Positions 48,851 through 60,919 of a stretch of DNA of 64,000 bases are shown in pieces. The DNA comes from Stegostoma tigrinum (taxonomy: Eukaryota). The stretch covers positions 101,875,558-101,939,557 of the forward strand of contig NC_081357.1 of NCBI RefSeq assembly GCF_030684315.1, read 5' to 3'. The notes under the pieces are model-generated. The model was not told the origin of the DNA. It did not search any database and saw only the letters and a list, made by a program, of their open reading frames with translations. Made by a program: the position numbers and the translations under genes. Every line of letters starts with the position of its first letter. Positions within the stretch are counted from its first letter, which is position 1.

Positions 48851-50816
48851 GCAGAATTCTTCCAGCTCAGGGTGAGGGTGAAACAGTTCCTTGCCTGTGT
48901 GCAGCTTCTGAGACTCGTTGTGGGCCACACCTGCCATTTTAAATGTTGCCTGGATTATTTCTGCTTCACAGAGATGTCTACCTTCAGCTTGAGATGATCA
49001 ATGATGTGGTTGAGATTGCTTGTGCACCCCACATGGTTAGACACTGCACATTTCACATGCACCATGGTGTGACTACAGACAACTCCAATGTGCTGTGAAA
49101 GTGCTTGATTAATGCAATTGCTCCTTTTAGGGCCTCCAGTCACTTACAAATGAAGCTTGTGCTTTGGGACAGTAAAGAGACACTGATTCCACCCACTCTG
49201 GGTGTTGTCTCAGACGTTTTCCATTTACAGATTGTGTTTTGGGGGTTGAGTAAATCTGGAAGGCAACACTTGGCACTGTGAGTCAGAGTCTCAGTCTAGA
49301 CATGAGGGACCCTCGACCTGCTATGCCCCTTTCTTCCCAGCGCTCCCTGGACAGCCCATTACCACTCATCCTTCATGTGTTCGCACACATCACCTGGAAT
49401 TACGATTACAAATCTCATCCTTACCGCTTGACCCTCATCCCCATGGTTTACTCTTACCTACCATCAAACATAACAACCCCTCCCACAACCTATCAAGGCC
49501 ACATAACCACCCCAATGCCACAGTATCCCTTGGCTCTAGCGTCTTTCCTCTATTTTTATTCCAAATATCCCTTTTCACCATCTTTGTGTTTCTGTCTCCC
49601 AAATTGCTGCCTCCAATTCCCAGTGTTTAATTCCCTGACTTCCCAAACACAGCAGTACCCCCTCAGTGTAACCCAGCCCCCTCAGTGACAGTGAATGGAC
49701 AACACTGACTGATAGTTGGCTGGACTCCTCACTGATAATCCTCAAATCTCTGGACTGCTTGCACTCACTGTAGTCCACTCTCCGAGTGTAATGAGATGGG
49801 AGGGCCCCTGACTCTGACTGTCACAAATGGATGACTAACCGTGCCCAAGTTCCTGCACTGTCAGTTGGTTTTATCGGGACTTCTGACTGACAGGGTTTCC
49901 CCTTTGACTTGCCTGAGAACTACTCCACTTTAAGTTGAGACATGGCTATTTGGTTGAAGCAGTTGCAGTGTGTTTGTTGTACAGGCTGCTGACACATCCT
50001 GTAGTAGGAGATTGACATAGCAGGGTGACATATAGCAACATGTCCACTCCATTGACTGCTCTCTGGGGGCAACCACAACCAGCTGCTTTGGTTTGGATTT
50101 TGCACTAAGTAGCACATCAAGACCCTGCTGTGAATACTGTGGGCCTTTAAGTTGCAGCTGAGTGGGCAAAGCACAAAAAGACAAAGCAAGGCATAGCAGA
50201 GACATTGCAATCATTGAAGTTGGCACAAAGTGACTGGATTCTAAGAACACAAGTGAAGATCCCTGAAATGCATGCAGTCTTGTCCAATCCACTAGCTGTG
50301 TGCAAAGTGTCCTTGCAGCAGCATTTCAATAAGAGGTGTCAGCATGCTGCAAAGTGCATGATTAAAGGAGAGAGCCATACTGTAAGTATGCTAAAGAAGT
50401 GCCCTGATAATGCAGTGAGGTTGGTACAGCTGATGCCAAGGTCCATGGGGTGGGAGATGCTAGCAGTTGCTGGCTTAGAGTGTGTCCTGAGATTCTGGTG
50501 ACTACTGTCTAAGATGAAGGAGCAAGCAGTGCACTGGAGTCACTACGTAACAGTTCTGGCCTACGTGTTAGGAATTGTTGCCTTCTAGCTTCTATCTGGT
50601 GGATAGGAGATGGTAAAGATGCAAACTAATGAAATGAGATTATGTAATAATGAGATGTTAATGCATGAAAATAGGCTTCTTGCCGCTCACTAGTAGGAGT
50701 CTCATCTTGGCATTCAACAACTGATTGGAAAATTTGATCTCAATGTTGAGAAGCTCACCCAAATTTCCCAATAATCTCACCATAGTCCACATTATTTAAG
50801 TGCTGGAAGATTCTAC
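48851..50816. mobile_element. Possible old ~2-kb TIR DNA element (Harbinger-like?)
   Basis: Terminal inverted match GCAGAATTCTTCCAGC / GCTGGAAGATTCTAC and a GC-richer interior. No convincing transposase. Confidence 0.3.
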
Positions 50817-51597
50817 TCTGTGAGGCTCATGGAGAATTCTTCAGCCTGATTTGTTGAAAAGCCACATGGTTACTTGCTCTGCCCTCTTATGCCACTGAGC
50901 CCAGGGTACTATGCTAGGTCAGGTGTCCAATGAATGCAAGTTTACCCTGACCACAAAATTCCAGGCCACAAGACTTAATTAGTGTGGTATTACTCAAATA
51001 TTTTCCTTTTTACCCCCTCATTGTAGGCCATTTGCATGTAAACATCTCCGTGATTATCATTCAGACTCACAGCAGAAGAAAATTCTGGCTGTTTGAAGAT
51101 TGAAAACATTCGATATCCTCTGGCAATTCCTTTACCAGGACAAAATGAAAAGGCAAACTTAAGCCATTCGATATCTTTTCCATCAACTCGAATTTCTAAT
51201 GATATGATATGACTAGCAACAATTCTTGTGTTATTATAGCAAGTTAGAACTCACACCTTTTACACTCAAAGAGATAGATGCAGAGAAACTCCATCAATAA
51301 TCTGATCAAGAGAAGGTGTAATGAATTTTTCAGATGATGAAGTTACAGATTTTTTTTGATAAATATCTGAATATGCTGACAGAGGATGAGATAAATTGAT
51401 TTACTCTTGGCATGATTATCTCCTTTATTAAAATCTATCAAGGATAGCAATGGTCTGGCATTGGTCCAGTCATGGCTTCTTTACAGCCTGAAAACCTTCC
51501 TTATGCTATTTACAATTTTAAACCATATTCCTATAGAATTACACACTGTCTTCTGCGTATTTACAAGTGGCAGGAAAATTGAGGACAATGGTGACCC

Positions 51598-52383
51598 TTA
51601 ACATAAGACCATAAGACATAGGAGTGGAAGTAAGGCCATTCGGCCCATCAAGTTCACTCCGCCATTTAAATCATGGCTGATGGGCATTTCAACACCACTT
51701 CCCTGCACTCTCCCCGTAGCCCTTGATTCCCTTTGAGATCAAGAATTTGTCGATCTCTGCCTTGATGGCATCCAACATCCCGGCCTCCACTGCACTCTGC
51801 GGCAATGAATTCCACAAGCCCACCACTCTCTGGCTGAAGAAATGTCGTCTCATTTCAGTTTTAAATTTACCCCCTCTAATTTTAAGGTTGTGCCCACGGG
51901 TCCTAGTCTCCCCGCCTAACGGAAACAACTTCCTTGTGTCCACCCCTTCTAAACCATACATTATCTTGTAAGTTTCTATTAGATCTCCCCTCAACCTTCT
52001 AAACTCTAATGAGTACAATCCCAGGATCCTTAGCCGTTCATCATACGCTAAACCTACCGTTCCAGGGATCAACCGTATGACTCTCCGCTGGATACGCTCC
52101 AGGGCTAGTATGTCCTTCCTGAGGTGTGGGACCCAAAATTGGACACAGTATTCTAAATGGGGCCTAACTAGAGCCTTATAAAGCCTTAGAAGCACATCGC
52201 TGCTTTTATATTCCAACCCTCTTGAGATAAACGACAACATTACATTCGCTTTCTTAATTATGGACTCCACCTGCAAGTTAACCTTTAGAGAATCCTGGAC
52301 CAACACTCCCAGATCCCTTTGCACTTCTGATTTGTGAATTTTCTCACCGTTTAGAAAATATTCCATGCCTGTATTCTTTTTTT
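51598..52383 (-). mobile_element. Young CR1/HER1 LINE 3' fragment with open ORF2 C-terminus
   Basis: ORF 51689-52423: QRDLGVLV, LYKALVRPHLEYCVQFW, LRGDLIETYKI, FFSQRVVGLWNSLP. Tail TCTTATG repeats. The first ~13 aa come from flanking DNA. Confidence 0.95.
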
Positions 52384-53879
52384 TAATCTCAGAAAGTATG
52401 GCTGTCCATGTTGTTCTTCCCAAACTAAATAGTGCACCATAGTCTCATTCATTTTGTTGTGGTTCAAGGAGCATCATTCCTCATGTAGGCCTGGTTGTAA
52501 CATGCTGATTCCTGGCATACTACCTAGTACATGCCAAGACCATTCTCTATCACTCTTCATCCTCCAGGTGATACTGCTGTTTTTCTCTTCATCTACCAGT
52601 ACAACATATGTTGCAATGTTTGTTCCTTTGTGCTTTGAACCCAAATACCTTTTGTATTCTTCACTGCCCTTGATTTTTCAGTATGTTATTTTTCTCCCTG
52701 TTAAGCTTGGTAGCTCTGGGTATGAGCTGGACTAAAATACAAGGTGCTTTCATTGTGTGAAAATGTAGCCAGTGATATGCAGCATTCTGATGACAGTAGA
52801 CGTATAGTAATATAACAGGGGTGATTTTCACTACTAGAGTTGCATTTTGAAGGCATCTTGTCAATTAGCCCCCATATCAATTTCTGCAAATACCTGAATT
52901 GGCAATGATGCCAACTAGGAATGTATCTGGAGGTTTGAATGACTGCGGGTTAGTATACTGATACTCTGCTCAAATATAACTTTATTCTTAGTTACCCTGC
53001 TGTTCCCATCAATTTTAATTAATGACAAGCTGCCCAGTGTGGGTGAGGGGTCAGAATTAGTCAGTAATTCCTAACAACAAATGTAGCTACTTCTGCCTTG
53101 CCAATCCCTACTTCACGCATTGCACAAAAGCAATGCCTGTAAAATATTTAAATTAGAACATAAATATACTCTGCCGCTGTCTGTAAACTCCACTTACTTG
53201 GACTAAAATACATTTTTAGTCCTGTGCGATATTGACATTTGCAACATTATGAAAACTGTTGATAATAAAATGATGTGCCTTGTTATAGAATGTGAAATTT
53301 CATGCTGAATGAATTGTAAAGTGTGTAAGTAGAAGATAATCTGCTAAAACTGTCAAAGTCCTTGTCAGACTACATCTGAAGTACTGGTGAGGTTTGTCTG
53401 GACTGTGTGAAGGCTAGGCACTCCGTAACCAGGATTGGCTTCTCGGATACCCTAGTGGTAACGATTGTTCGAACGATGGGAGGAACTTGACAGATCCTAC
53501 TACTTTTGGACACATAGAAATAGTTTCTGTACATTCAGCATATTTCCCTCTGATGTTGGTAATCTAAATTATCAACTTCCTTCATTCTGAGTCTTCTATG
53601 GTGTGTGTTGAAGAACACAAATGCATAAAACTGTAGTCGTGAAAACAACATTGAGTGCACTTTGCAGCCGCAGTACACTTCTGAATAATGCATGAAAGCA
53701 ATCCAAAATCGTTGGTGAACGGTTAGTTACAAAGAATGAATTGAATGCTTCCCACCCTGCAGGGTTGCTTAGGAGGCAGATGTGGCAGTTGTATCATAGG
53801 GTGAGGAGCTAAGGATGCACCACAGCATGTTCTAAAGCTTATTATGATCAATAAAGTATTTCAAAATATAGTCTATACT

Positions 53880-54200
53880 ACATTGCAGAAGTCACCACAA
53901 CAAATTTGTGCACAGCAAACTCCCACAGACAGTAACAGGATAATGAATACATAATTCATTGCACAACATTAGCTTATTGATGGGTATTGGCTGGGTTATC
54001 GGGTAAATAACCGACTCTTCTTCGAATAGTGCCATAGGATTTTTTTTAAACATACTCCTGAGAAAGTGAATTGGGTTGAGTTTAACAATTTATCCAAAAG
54101 GCAGCATCCTTGCAACATTTCTTCAGTATTAAAATGTTAACACAAGTCTTCTGCTCAACTCTCTGGAGTGAAACATGAACACAAAACCTTCTGTATCTTG
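53880..54200 (-). mobile_element. Decayed Deu-domain SINE (SacSINE1-like)
   Basis: TTTGTGCACAGCAAACTCCCACA...TCTTCGAATAGTGCCATAGGAT...GTTTAACAATTTATCCAAAAGGCAGCA...CTCTGGAGTGAAACATGAAC. Confidence 0.6.
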
Positions 54201-54309
54201 CAAATGCACTAAAAATACTTCCTTGAGGAGTGAAACTGGAACTGGGTAATTTTTTTCATACTAGAATGCTACAGAGATGCTGGATTCATTAATTTCTTTA
54301 TACAGCCAT

Positions 54310-55450
54310 AGAATCAGGAATTGTTGGCAAGGCTATTCCTAACATGTGAAGATGTTGATGAAGAAGCTTCTTTAACTGCTGCAGTTCATGTGCTTTATGT
54401 AGTCCCGCAAAGTCATCCACTTGGGAAGAGAGTATTTCGATCCAGTAACAGGAAAGGAATGGCAGCTGAGTTCCAAGACAGGGCGGAATGTGACTTAGAT
54501 GGGAGCTTGCAGGTAATGGTGTCCTCATGCATTTTTTACCTTTCTTTTTCTGGGTGTTTGAGGCTGTAGGTTTTTAAAGTGCTATCGAGGGAATCTTGGT
54601 GAATTGCTGAATCTTGTAGTGGTACACTTTGCTGTTAGTGCGAGTCAGTGAAGAAAGGAGTGAATGTTTAAGGTGGTGAATGGGATGCCAATCAATTTGA
54701 CTATTTTGTCTTGAACGATGTCAAGTTTCTGACATGTGCCTTGTAGATGGAAAGCATTTACCTCAGAATATATGGCGTCTACCCTACTCTTGTAACTACA
54801 GTGCTAATGTGGCTGGCCTAATGTGATGCCCTAGACTATTGATGTTGGAGGATTTTGTAATGGCAATGATATTAACTGCTGAAAAGTTGGGTAAATATCT
54901 TTTGTTAGACAACCTTATTGCCTGACACATATGCATTTTGAATCTAGCAGCAAAGTCTGGATAATATGCAGGTGTAGGGGCCGGGGGCATGAACAGCTTT
55001 GCAATTTGAGTAATTATAAATGGAACGGAATACTATTGCAATCTTCACCAAATGTCATCCAAACATATGCTGGAGGGCAGTCATTGATGAGACAACTGAG
55101 GATAGATGAACCTAGGATTAGCAAACTACCCTGAGGAGAGCCAACAATAAAGTCTTATGGCTGAGATGATGGTTGGCTTGCAAAAAAGCATAACCGTCTT
55201 ACTTTGTGCTGGGTGCAACTCTAACCAGTGACCAAATTTCCCATGATTCCTGTTGACTTCAATAAGGCCAGGTCTCCTTCCTCTACTCCTCTTTTCCTTC
55301 AAGATAAGGCTGCCACACTTGGTACATCTGCTCAATAGTTCACTGATGTAATATGCAGTTAAATGCTGGGCACTGTCTTTGTTGAATATTGGAGATATTC
55401 ATGGAGCTTCATCTTCCCATTAGTTGTACATTGAAAATCATCTCCACATA
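54310..55450 (-). mobile_element. Old CR1/L2-group LINE fragment
   Basis: Aligns in pieces with 7380-8330 (GGAAAGGAATGGCAGCTGAGTTCCAAGACAGG, GTGCCTTGTAGATGG, GTCATTGATGA). Confidence 0.65.
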
Positions 55451-56619
55451 TCAATATTTGAGTGAAGCCAATGGCAAACCACCACAGCCAAAAAACTGTC
55501 AAGAAAGCACAGGATTAAATGTCAACCTGCCTACCAATCTGCCAGAGACCTGTCTTCAGGTGGAGCGGATAAGAATGAATATGCGAAAAAAATCCTATAG
55601 CTCATATATCTCAATTTCCCTACGTGGCCATATTTTCTTCATTTATAAAGTTGTATGCTGCACTTCATGCTACTTGCAGTTGAAAGAGTGAAATTCTCAC
55701 AAGTACACTGCAGATGTGCTACATTATATGATTTTGGAACTTACATATAAATTGCACATTTATATCTGTTATGCCTGAGTTGAAACCATGCAAGAACATT
55801 AAGCACAGCGGACTTCGACTATGTTTGGAATCTGCCAGCAATTTTCTGTCTAGCTCTCTTGTTGATGTGTTTCAATCAGTTGGATATATTTACTCTCATA
55901 TTGAAGTGATTGGAAAGGCTCAGCTAATTTAAAAGAAATAAAATAAATTAGAAAAATTAACTTAAGTTATGGTTATCCCTATCCAAACAGTAATTTTGCT
56001 TTCACCTGCAGCCTTTACACAAAACAAAAGGATTCTGCAATTTCTCCCATCAGTGAACCCAGTTTAATTTTAGCACAGTACTTTGAATTGTTGAACATGG
56101 CTTGATACTCTGTAACCATTTTCCCCCACAGCAGACTTGACAGATGTCTTTGAGCCATTTGAGTTATCAGCTTCTTGGAGCACCTCAACTGTCGTGCAGC
56201 TGAGCTAGAAACCAATACTACGGTAAAATATATATATGTGGGTCCTGGCTGCTGGCCCAGAATCAAGATGAATAATAATGTAACACAATGCCTTTAGTTA
56301 GGACTGAGAGCCATTGTTTCTTTATGGAAGGAGTGTTTTAAATAACTGGGGGGAAATAATTCTGATTCATGATGCACAATTAAACAACTATTCGCAAAGA
56401 GACATGTCTCCCTACTCAGCTAATGACACTATTGTTGTGGTCTACAGAGTCCACAGTCATTGTAGATTTATGAATGAATTTACCTGAGGAATGATTATTA
56501 TGATCTCTTATAGTCCCAGGACAAAAATAGCAAACGCAAACTTACATCATGACTCCACCACACACCCGCCCTCCCTCAAAACTCTACAGAACGAACTGAG
56601 CAAAAGTGGACATTTCCAT

Positions 56620-56700
56620 CAAAAACAGAAATTACTGGAGAAACACAGCAGGTCAGGCAGCATCTGTGGAGAGAATGCAGAGTTAATGTTTCTGGTCATG
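56620..56700 (-). mobile_element. Family B single arm
   Basis: AAAAACAGAAATTACTGGAGAAACACAGCAGGTCAGGCAGCATCTGTGGAGAGAATGCAGAGTTAATGTTTC. Confidence 0.7.
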
Positions 56701-56929
56701 AAGAAGGTTGGCTGATTACATTTCAGTTTTTCAGGTGCTGTTTCACTTTAGTGTTTAACTCATTGACACCTTTCTTCCTGTTACGGCCATTTGAAGAAGT
56801 CCTCTCTGACAATATTTCCAGTTTAATCATTCTTCTCGGTCATCATCATTACTTTGGCTTTTGCTTCTAGTGTTTGATAAAGTGTTTGCCCAAACCTCTT
56901 TCTACAGCCACATTTCATTCCTCAGTAAC

Positions 56930-57687
56930 AGAGATAACAAAGTGTGGAGCTGGATGAACACAGCAGGCCAAGCAGCACCCCAGGAGCACAAAAGCTGACA
57001 TTTCGGGCCTAGACCCTTCATCAGAGAGGGGGATGGGGAGAGGGAACTGGAATAAATAGGGAGAGAGGGGGAGGCGGACCGAAGATGGAGAGAAAAGAAG
57101 ATAGGTAGAGAGGAGAGTATGGGTGAGGAGGTAGGGAGGGGATAGGTCAGTCCAGGGAAGACAGACAGGTCAAGGAGGCGGGATGAAGTGGTAGGTGGGA
57201 AATGGAGGTGCGGTTTGAGGTGGGAGGAAGGGATGGGTGAGTGGAAGAACAGGTTAGGGAAGCGGAGACAGGCTTGGCTGGTTTTGGGATGCAGTGGGGG
57301 GAGGGGACGAGCTGGGCTGGTTTTGTGATGCAGTGGGGGGAGGGGAAGAACTGGGCTGGTTTTGGGATGCAGTGGGGGAAGGGGAGATTTTGAAGCTTGT
57401 GAAGTCCACATTGATACCATTGGGCTGCAGGATTCCCAAGCGGACTATGAGTAGCTGTTCTTGCAACCTTCGGGTGGCATCATTGTGGTACTGCAGGAGG
57501 CCCATAATGGGCATGTCGTCTGAGGAATGGGAGGGGGAGTTAAAATGGTTCGTGACTGGGAGGTGCAGTTGTTTGTTGCGAACTGAGTAGAGGTGTTCTG
57601 CAAAGCGGTCCCCAAGCCTCCGCTTGGTTTCCCCAATGTAGAGGAAGCCACACCGGGTACAATGGATACAATATACCACATTGGCAG
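56930..57687 (-). mobile_element. Young Neptune-like PLE 3' portion (GIY-YIG + 3' UTR + hammerhead)
   Basis: ANVVYCIHCTRCGFLYIGETKRRLGDRFAEH; highly similar to 20368-21120; ~41-bp repeats in the UTR; core CTGATGAAGGGTCTAGGCCCGAAATGTC. Confidence 0.95.
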
Positions 57688-57732
57688 TGACTGCTTCTGG
57701 CTTAGACATACCCCATGTGATTTCCAGGAGAG

Positions 57733-58782
57733 GTGAGGAGCTTGAACAGTTCATCAACGTTACTAACACCTGCCACCCCAACCTCAAATTCACCTGGACC
57801 ATCTGATACCTCTCTGTCCTCCCTGGGCCTCTCTGTCTCCATCTCTGGTGACCACTTTGAAACTGATAACAATTTCAAGCCCACTGACTCCCACAGCTAC
57901 CTAGGATACATTTCCTCCCTCCCCAACCTTATCTGCCTTCTGGAGGGACTGCTCTCTCTGTAACTCCCTTCATCAACTCCACACTCCCCACTAGCCCCAT
58001 CATCCTCAACACTTTTCCCAGCAACCACAGGAGGTGCTACACCTGCCCCTACACTTCCCCACTCACCTCCATCCCAGAACCAAAATAACCCTTCTACATC
58101 AGACAGATGTCCACCCGCACATCCGCTAATGTGGTCTATCGTATCTGCTGCTCCCAATGTGGCCTCCTCTACACTGGGGAGACCAAGGTAAGGCTTGGAG
58201 ACTGCTTTGTAGAGCGGAGGCTCGGAGACCACTTTGTAGAGCACCTACGCTCAGTTTGTGACAAACAACAACGCCTCCCAATCACAAACAACTTCAACTG
58301 CCCCTCCCACTCATTGGACGACATGTCCATACTGGGTCTCTTCCAGTGTCACAATGATGCCAGTCAGAAACTGAAGGAGCAGTGCCTCATATTCCACCTT
58401 GGGAGCCTACAACCCGATGGTCTCAATGTGGACTTTGCTAACTTCAAAATCTCCCCACCCCTAGCCTCATACCAAGACCAACCTCCCTCACATCCCTGCC
58501 TCTTTGACCTGACATAACCCATCTGTCTTCTCTCCCACCTCGCTGACCAATCCTCACTACTACCTACTTGTACTCACCTATCACCATCCCACCTATCTTC
58601 CCCAGCCTGACCCCTCTCTCTCTCTTTATTTCAGAGTCCCCTTCCTCCTCTCCCATTTCTGAAGAAGCGTCCCAACCGGAAATATCAGCTTTCCTGCTCC
58701 TCTGATGTTACCTATCCTGCTGTGTTCCTATAATTCCACAACTTGTTATCTTAGACTCCAGCATCGGCAGTTCTTACTGTCT
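57733..58782 (+). mobile_element. Older Neptune-like PLE with internal deletion and 27-bp duplication
   Basis: EELEQFIN, FKPTDSHSYL, NVVYRICCSQCGLLYTGETK, duplicated RLGDCFVER/RLGDHFVEH. Decayed terminus CTGAAGAAGCGTCCCAACCGGAAATATC. Confidence 0.88.
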
Positions 58783-59184
58783 TCGAGCTTTAATCCTTTG
58801 TATTTCGAATACATTCAGGATGAAAGGTATCTCTGTGATTTACAAAGATAGCTGCTCTCACTGCATCCTGAGATCCACACTCAGTACCATGCTTTGTCAT
58901 ATGCACACTCTTGACATCTATTTCCATCAGCACCACATCACGTTATCTGAGAGATGCCCTGCTGCTCCCAGTTCCCTTCATTCTCGGGCTCATTTGATAT
59001 TCTAACGGGAGATTTTAGCTTCCTTTCAGACGCTAAGGAACATAGGCTGCAACAACTCACAGGTACTTCTGTACTCCCCTCCTGTACTCAGCAAAGGTCT
59101 TAGTTTTATCCCTCTATGCCCCATACTCAATGAATTTTGGGCACAAATGACATTGAACTCTTCTTCAATCTTCTTTGCGTCCAT

Positions 59185-59530
59185 GTCATAGAATCATTGA
59201 ATTAATTGACAGTGTGGAAGTAGGCCATTTGGTCCATCAAGTCCACACCGGCTTTCCGAAGAGCATTCCCCTATCCCCAGACCCTTCTCCGCAACCCTGT
59301 ATTCAATGGCCATTCCATCTGGCCTGGTCATCCCTGAAAGCTATGGGCAATTTAACATGGCCAATCCACTTAATCTGCACATCTTTGGATTGTAGGAGGC
59401 ATCTGAGCACCCGGAGGAAACCCACACAGACATGTGCAAACTCCTCACAGACAGTTGCCTGAGGCTGGAATCAAACGTAGGTTCCTGGCACTGTGAAGCA
59501 GCTGTGCTAAACACTGAACCACCATGTCAT
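59185..59530 (-). mobile_element. HE1-type V-SINE
   Basis: CATGGCCAATCCAC...GAGCACCCGGAGGAAACCCACACAGAC...GCTGGAATCAAAC...TGCTAAACACTGAACCACC. Confidence 0.85.
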
Positions 59531-59737
59531 TCCTTCCTTGTCCCACAGACCCCTTCACCCACCCCAAATGTCCTCCCTTCATCTGGATCCAACCCTCTAA
59601 CCTTTTATCTGCACTTGATCGATTCATTGACAACTATTGACATGATGTTGGTGGCCTGAATTTCTCTGCCTCCTTTTCCCATTTGAATCTATCTTCCTCT
59701 GAACTGACTACACTCTGTGCTCTCAGATCCTGACTTA

Positions 59738-59875
59738 GCAGTTCTGAAGAAGGATCCCTGGACTTGAAATGTTGACTTGGCTTTCTCTCCTCAGATGCTG
59801 CCATACCTGCTGACTTCCTCCAGCAATGTTTGTTTGTGTTTCAGATCTTCAGCATCCACAGTTCCTTGTTTTATT
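59738..59875 (+). mobile_element. Family B PLE-terminus unit
   Basis: AGTTCTGAAGAAGGATCCCTGGACTTGAAATGTTGAC...CAGATGCTGCC...CAGCATCCACAGTT. Confidence 0.75.
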
Positions 59876-60456
59876 GGTATTCCCATCTTCTCATTAATCT
59901 CCTAAAATCAAGGGTAGAGGAACCAAAGAGTTCTAATTTGGACTGGTCAGATAGAATTCTTCTGTGAACAATGTGGAGGGGAGAGAATAATAGTGCGAGG
60001 ATAGAGAGGAGGAGAGAGTGTGAGACAGACAGAGAGAGAAAATGTCATTATACATTATCTAATTTTTTTTGATTCATTGGAAAAGTGTACAAAACCATAT
60101 TACTGTGCCTTCAGCACTGTGGGGAAATGATCTGATATGTAATTCTAGAGAGACAGGCTTGCATTGATAGAACCATCTTGTGACACTTGGTCTTTTATTT
60201 ATACACCAGCTATATAGACTGCAGGTTAGAGCAGAGCCACAGATCAACACAATGTAAAATCAATATCTCATGAATATGGGAATTTGAGAGTTTGCTGAGA
60301 CTGAAGCTCTGAACAATGGGTAAGCAATCATTGACTTTTAACATTTAGAATTAAACTCAGCATTTCAAAAGCTGTGAGACATTTGTTGTGTCACCAAAGT
60401 GTTACCAGAATGTAGGGCTGCTTGCACAAAGTGCGAGACAACTGGTGGTGATTTAA

Positions 60457-60550
60457 TCCGAAGGCCACCATACCTCATGCGAGGGGAAAGGTTGAGGAGA
60501 GTCCGAAGGCCACCATACCTCATGTGAGGGGAAAGGTTGAGGGAGAGTCC
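60457..60550. repeat. 45-bp tandem duplication
   Basis: TCCGAAGGCCACCATACCTCATG(C/T)GAGGGGAAAGGTTGAGGAGAG x2, probably inside a minus-strand tRNA-SINE remnant (GGGAATTGGCCC downstream). Confidence 0.9.
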
Positions 60551-60821
60551 TTCATAGTAACATCAGTTGGTGATGGGAATTGGCCCCATGTTGAAATAAT
60601 AGAACAAGTCAGATTATGAGTTAAGCAGATAGCATTGAATTATGAATGGAGTGAGGAGTTAAAATTTTTGAGAGTATTAAGTTGATACGGAGCAATTAGA
60701 ATGTGGTTTAATCTCCACTGGTACTTGTGGTACTTTATGTATTCAACTTAGAGTACTCAGGTGATGAAATTTGACTACTTGTTGCTGTGGGAAGCTGAGA
60801 ACTCAGCACAACCACTTTGTG

Positions 60822-60919
60822 GCTCTCTCTGATGAAGGGTTTAGGCCCGAAACGTCAGCTTTTGTGCTCCTGAGATGCTGCTTGGCCTGCTGTGTTCATC
60901 CAGCTCCACATTTTGTTAT
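60822..60919 (+). ncRNA. 98-bp hammerhead-only PLE terminus insertion with TSD; core 60829-60856
   Basis: CTGATGA-A-GGGTTTAGGCCC-GAAA-CGTC. TSD CACA(A/G)CCACTTTGTG at 60807-60821 / 60920-60934. Confidence 0.8.

Noticed and set aside
51689-52423. 244-aa ORF as a host gene
   Set aside because: It is the CR1 ORF2 C-terminus of a 5'-truncated LINE with a fortuitous upstream ATG.
56015-56266. Minus-strand 83-aa ORF with acceptor-like upstream sequence
   Set aside because: No recognisable homology in any frame; length within chance expectation.
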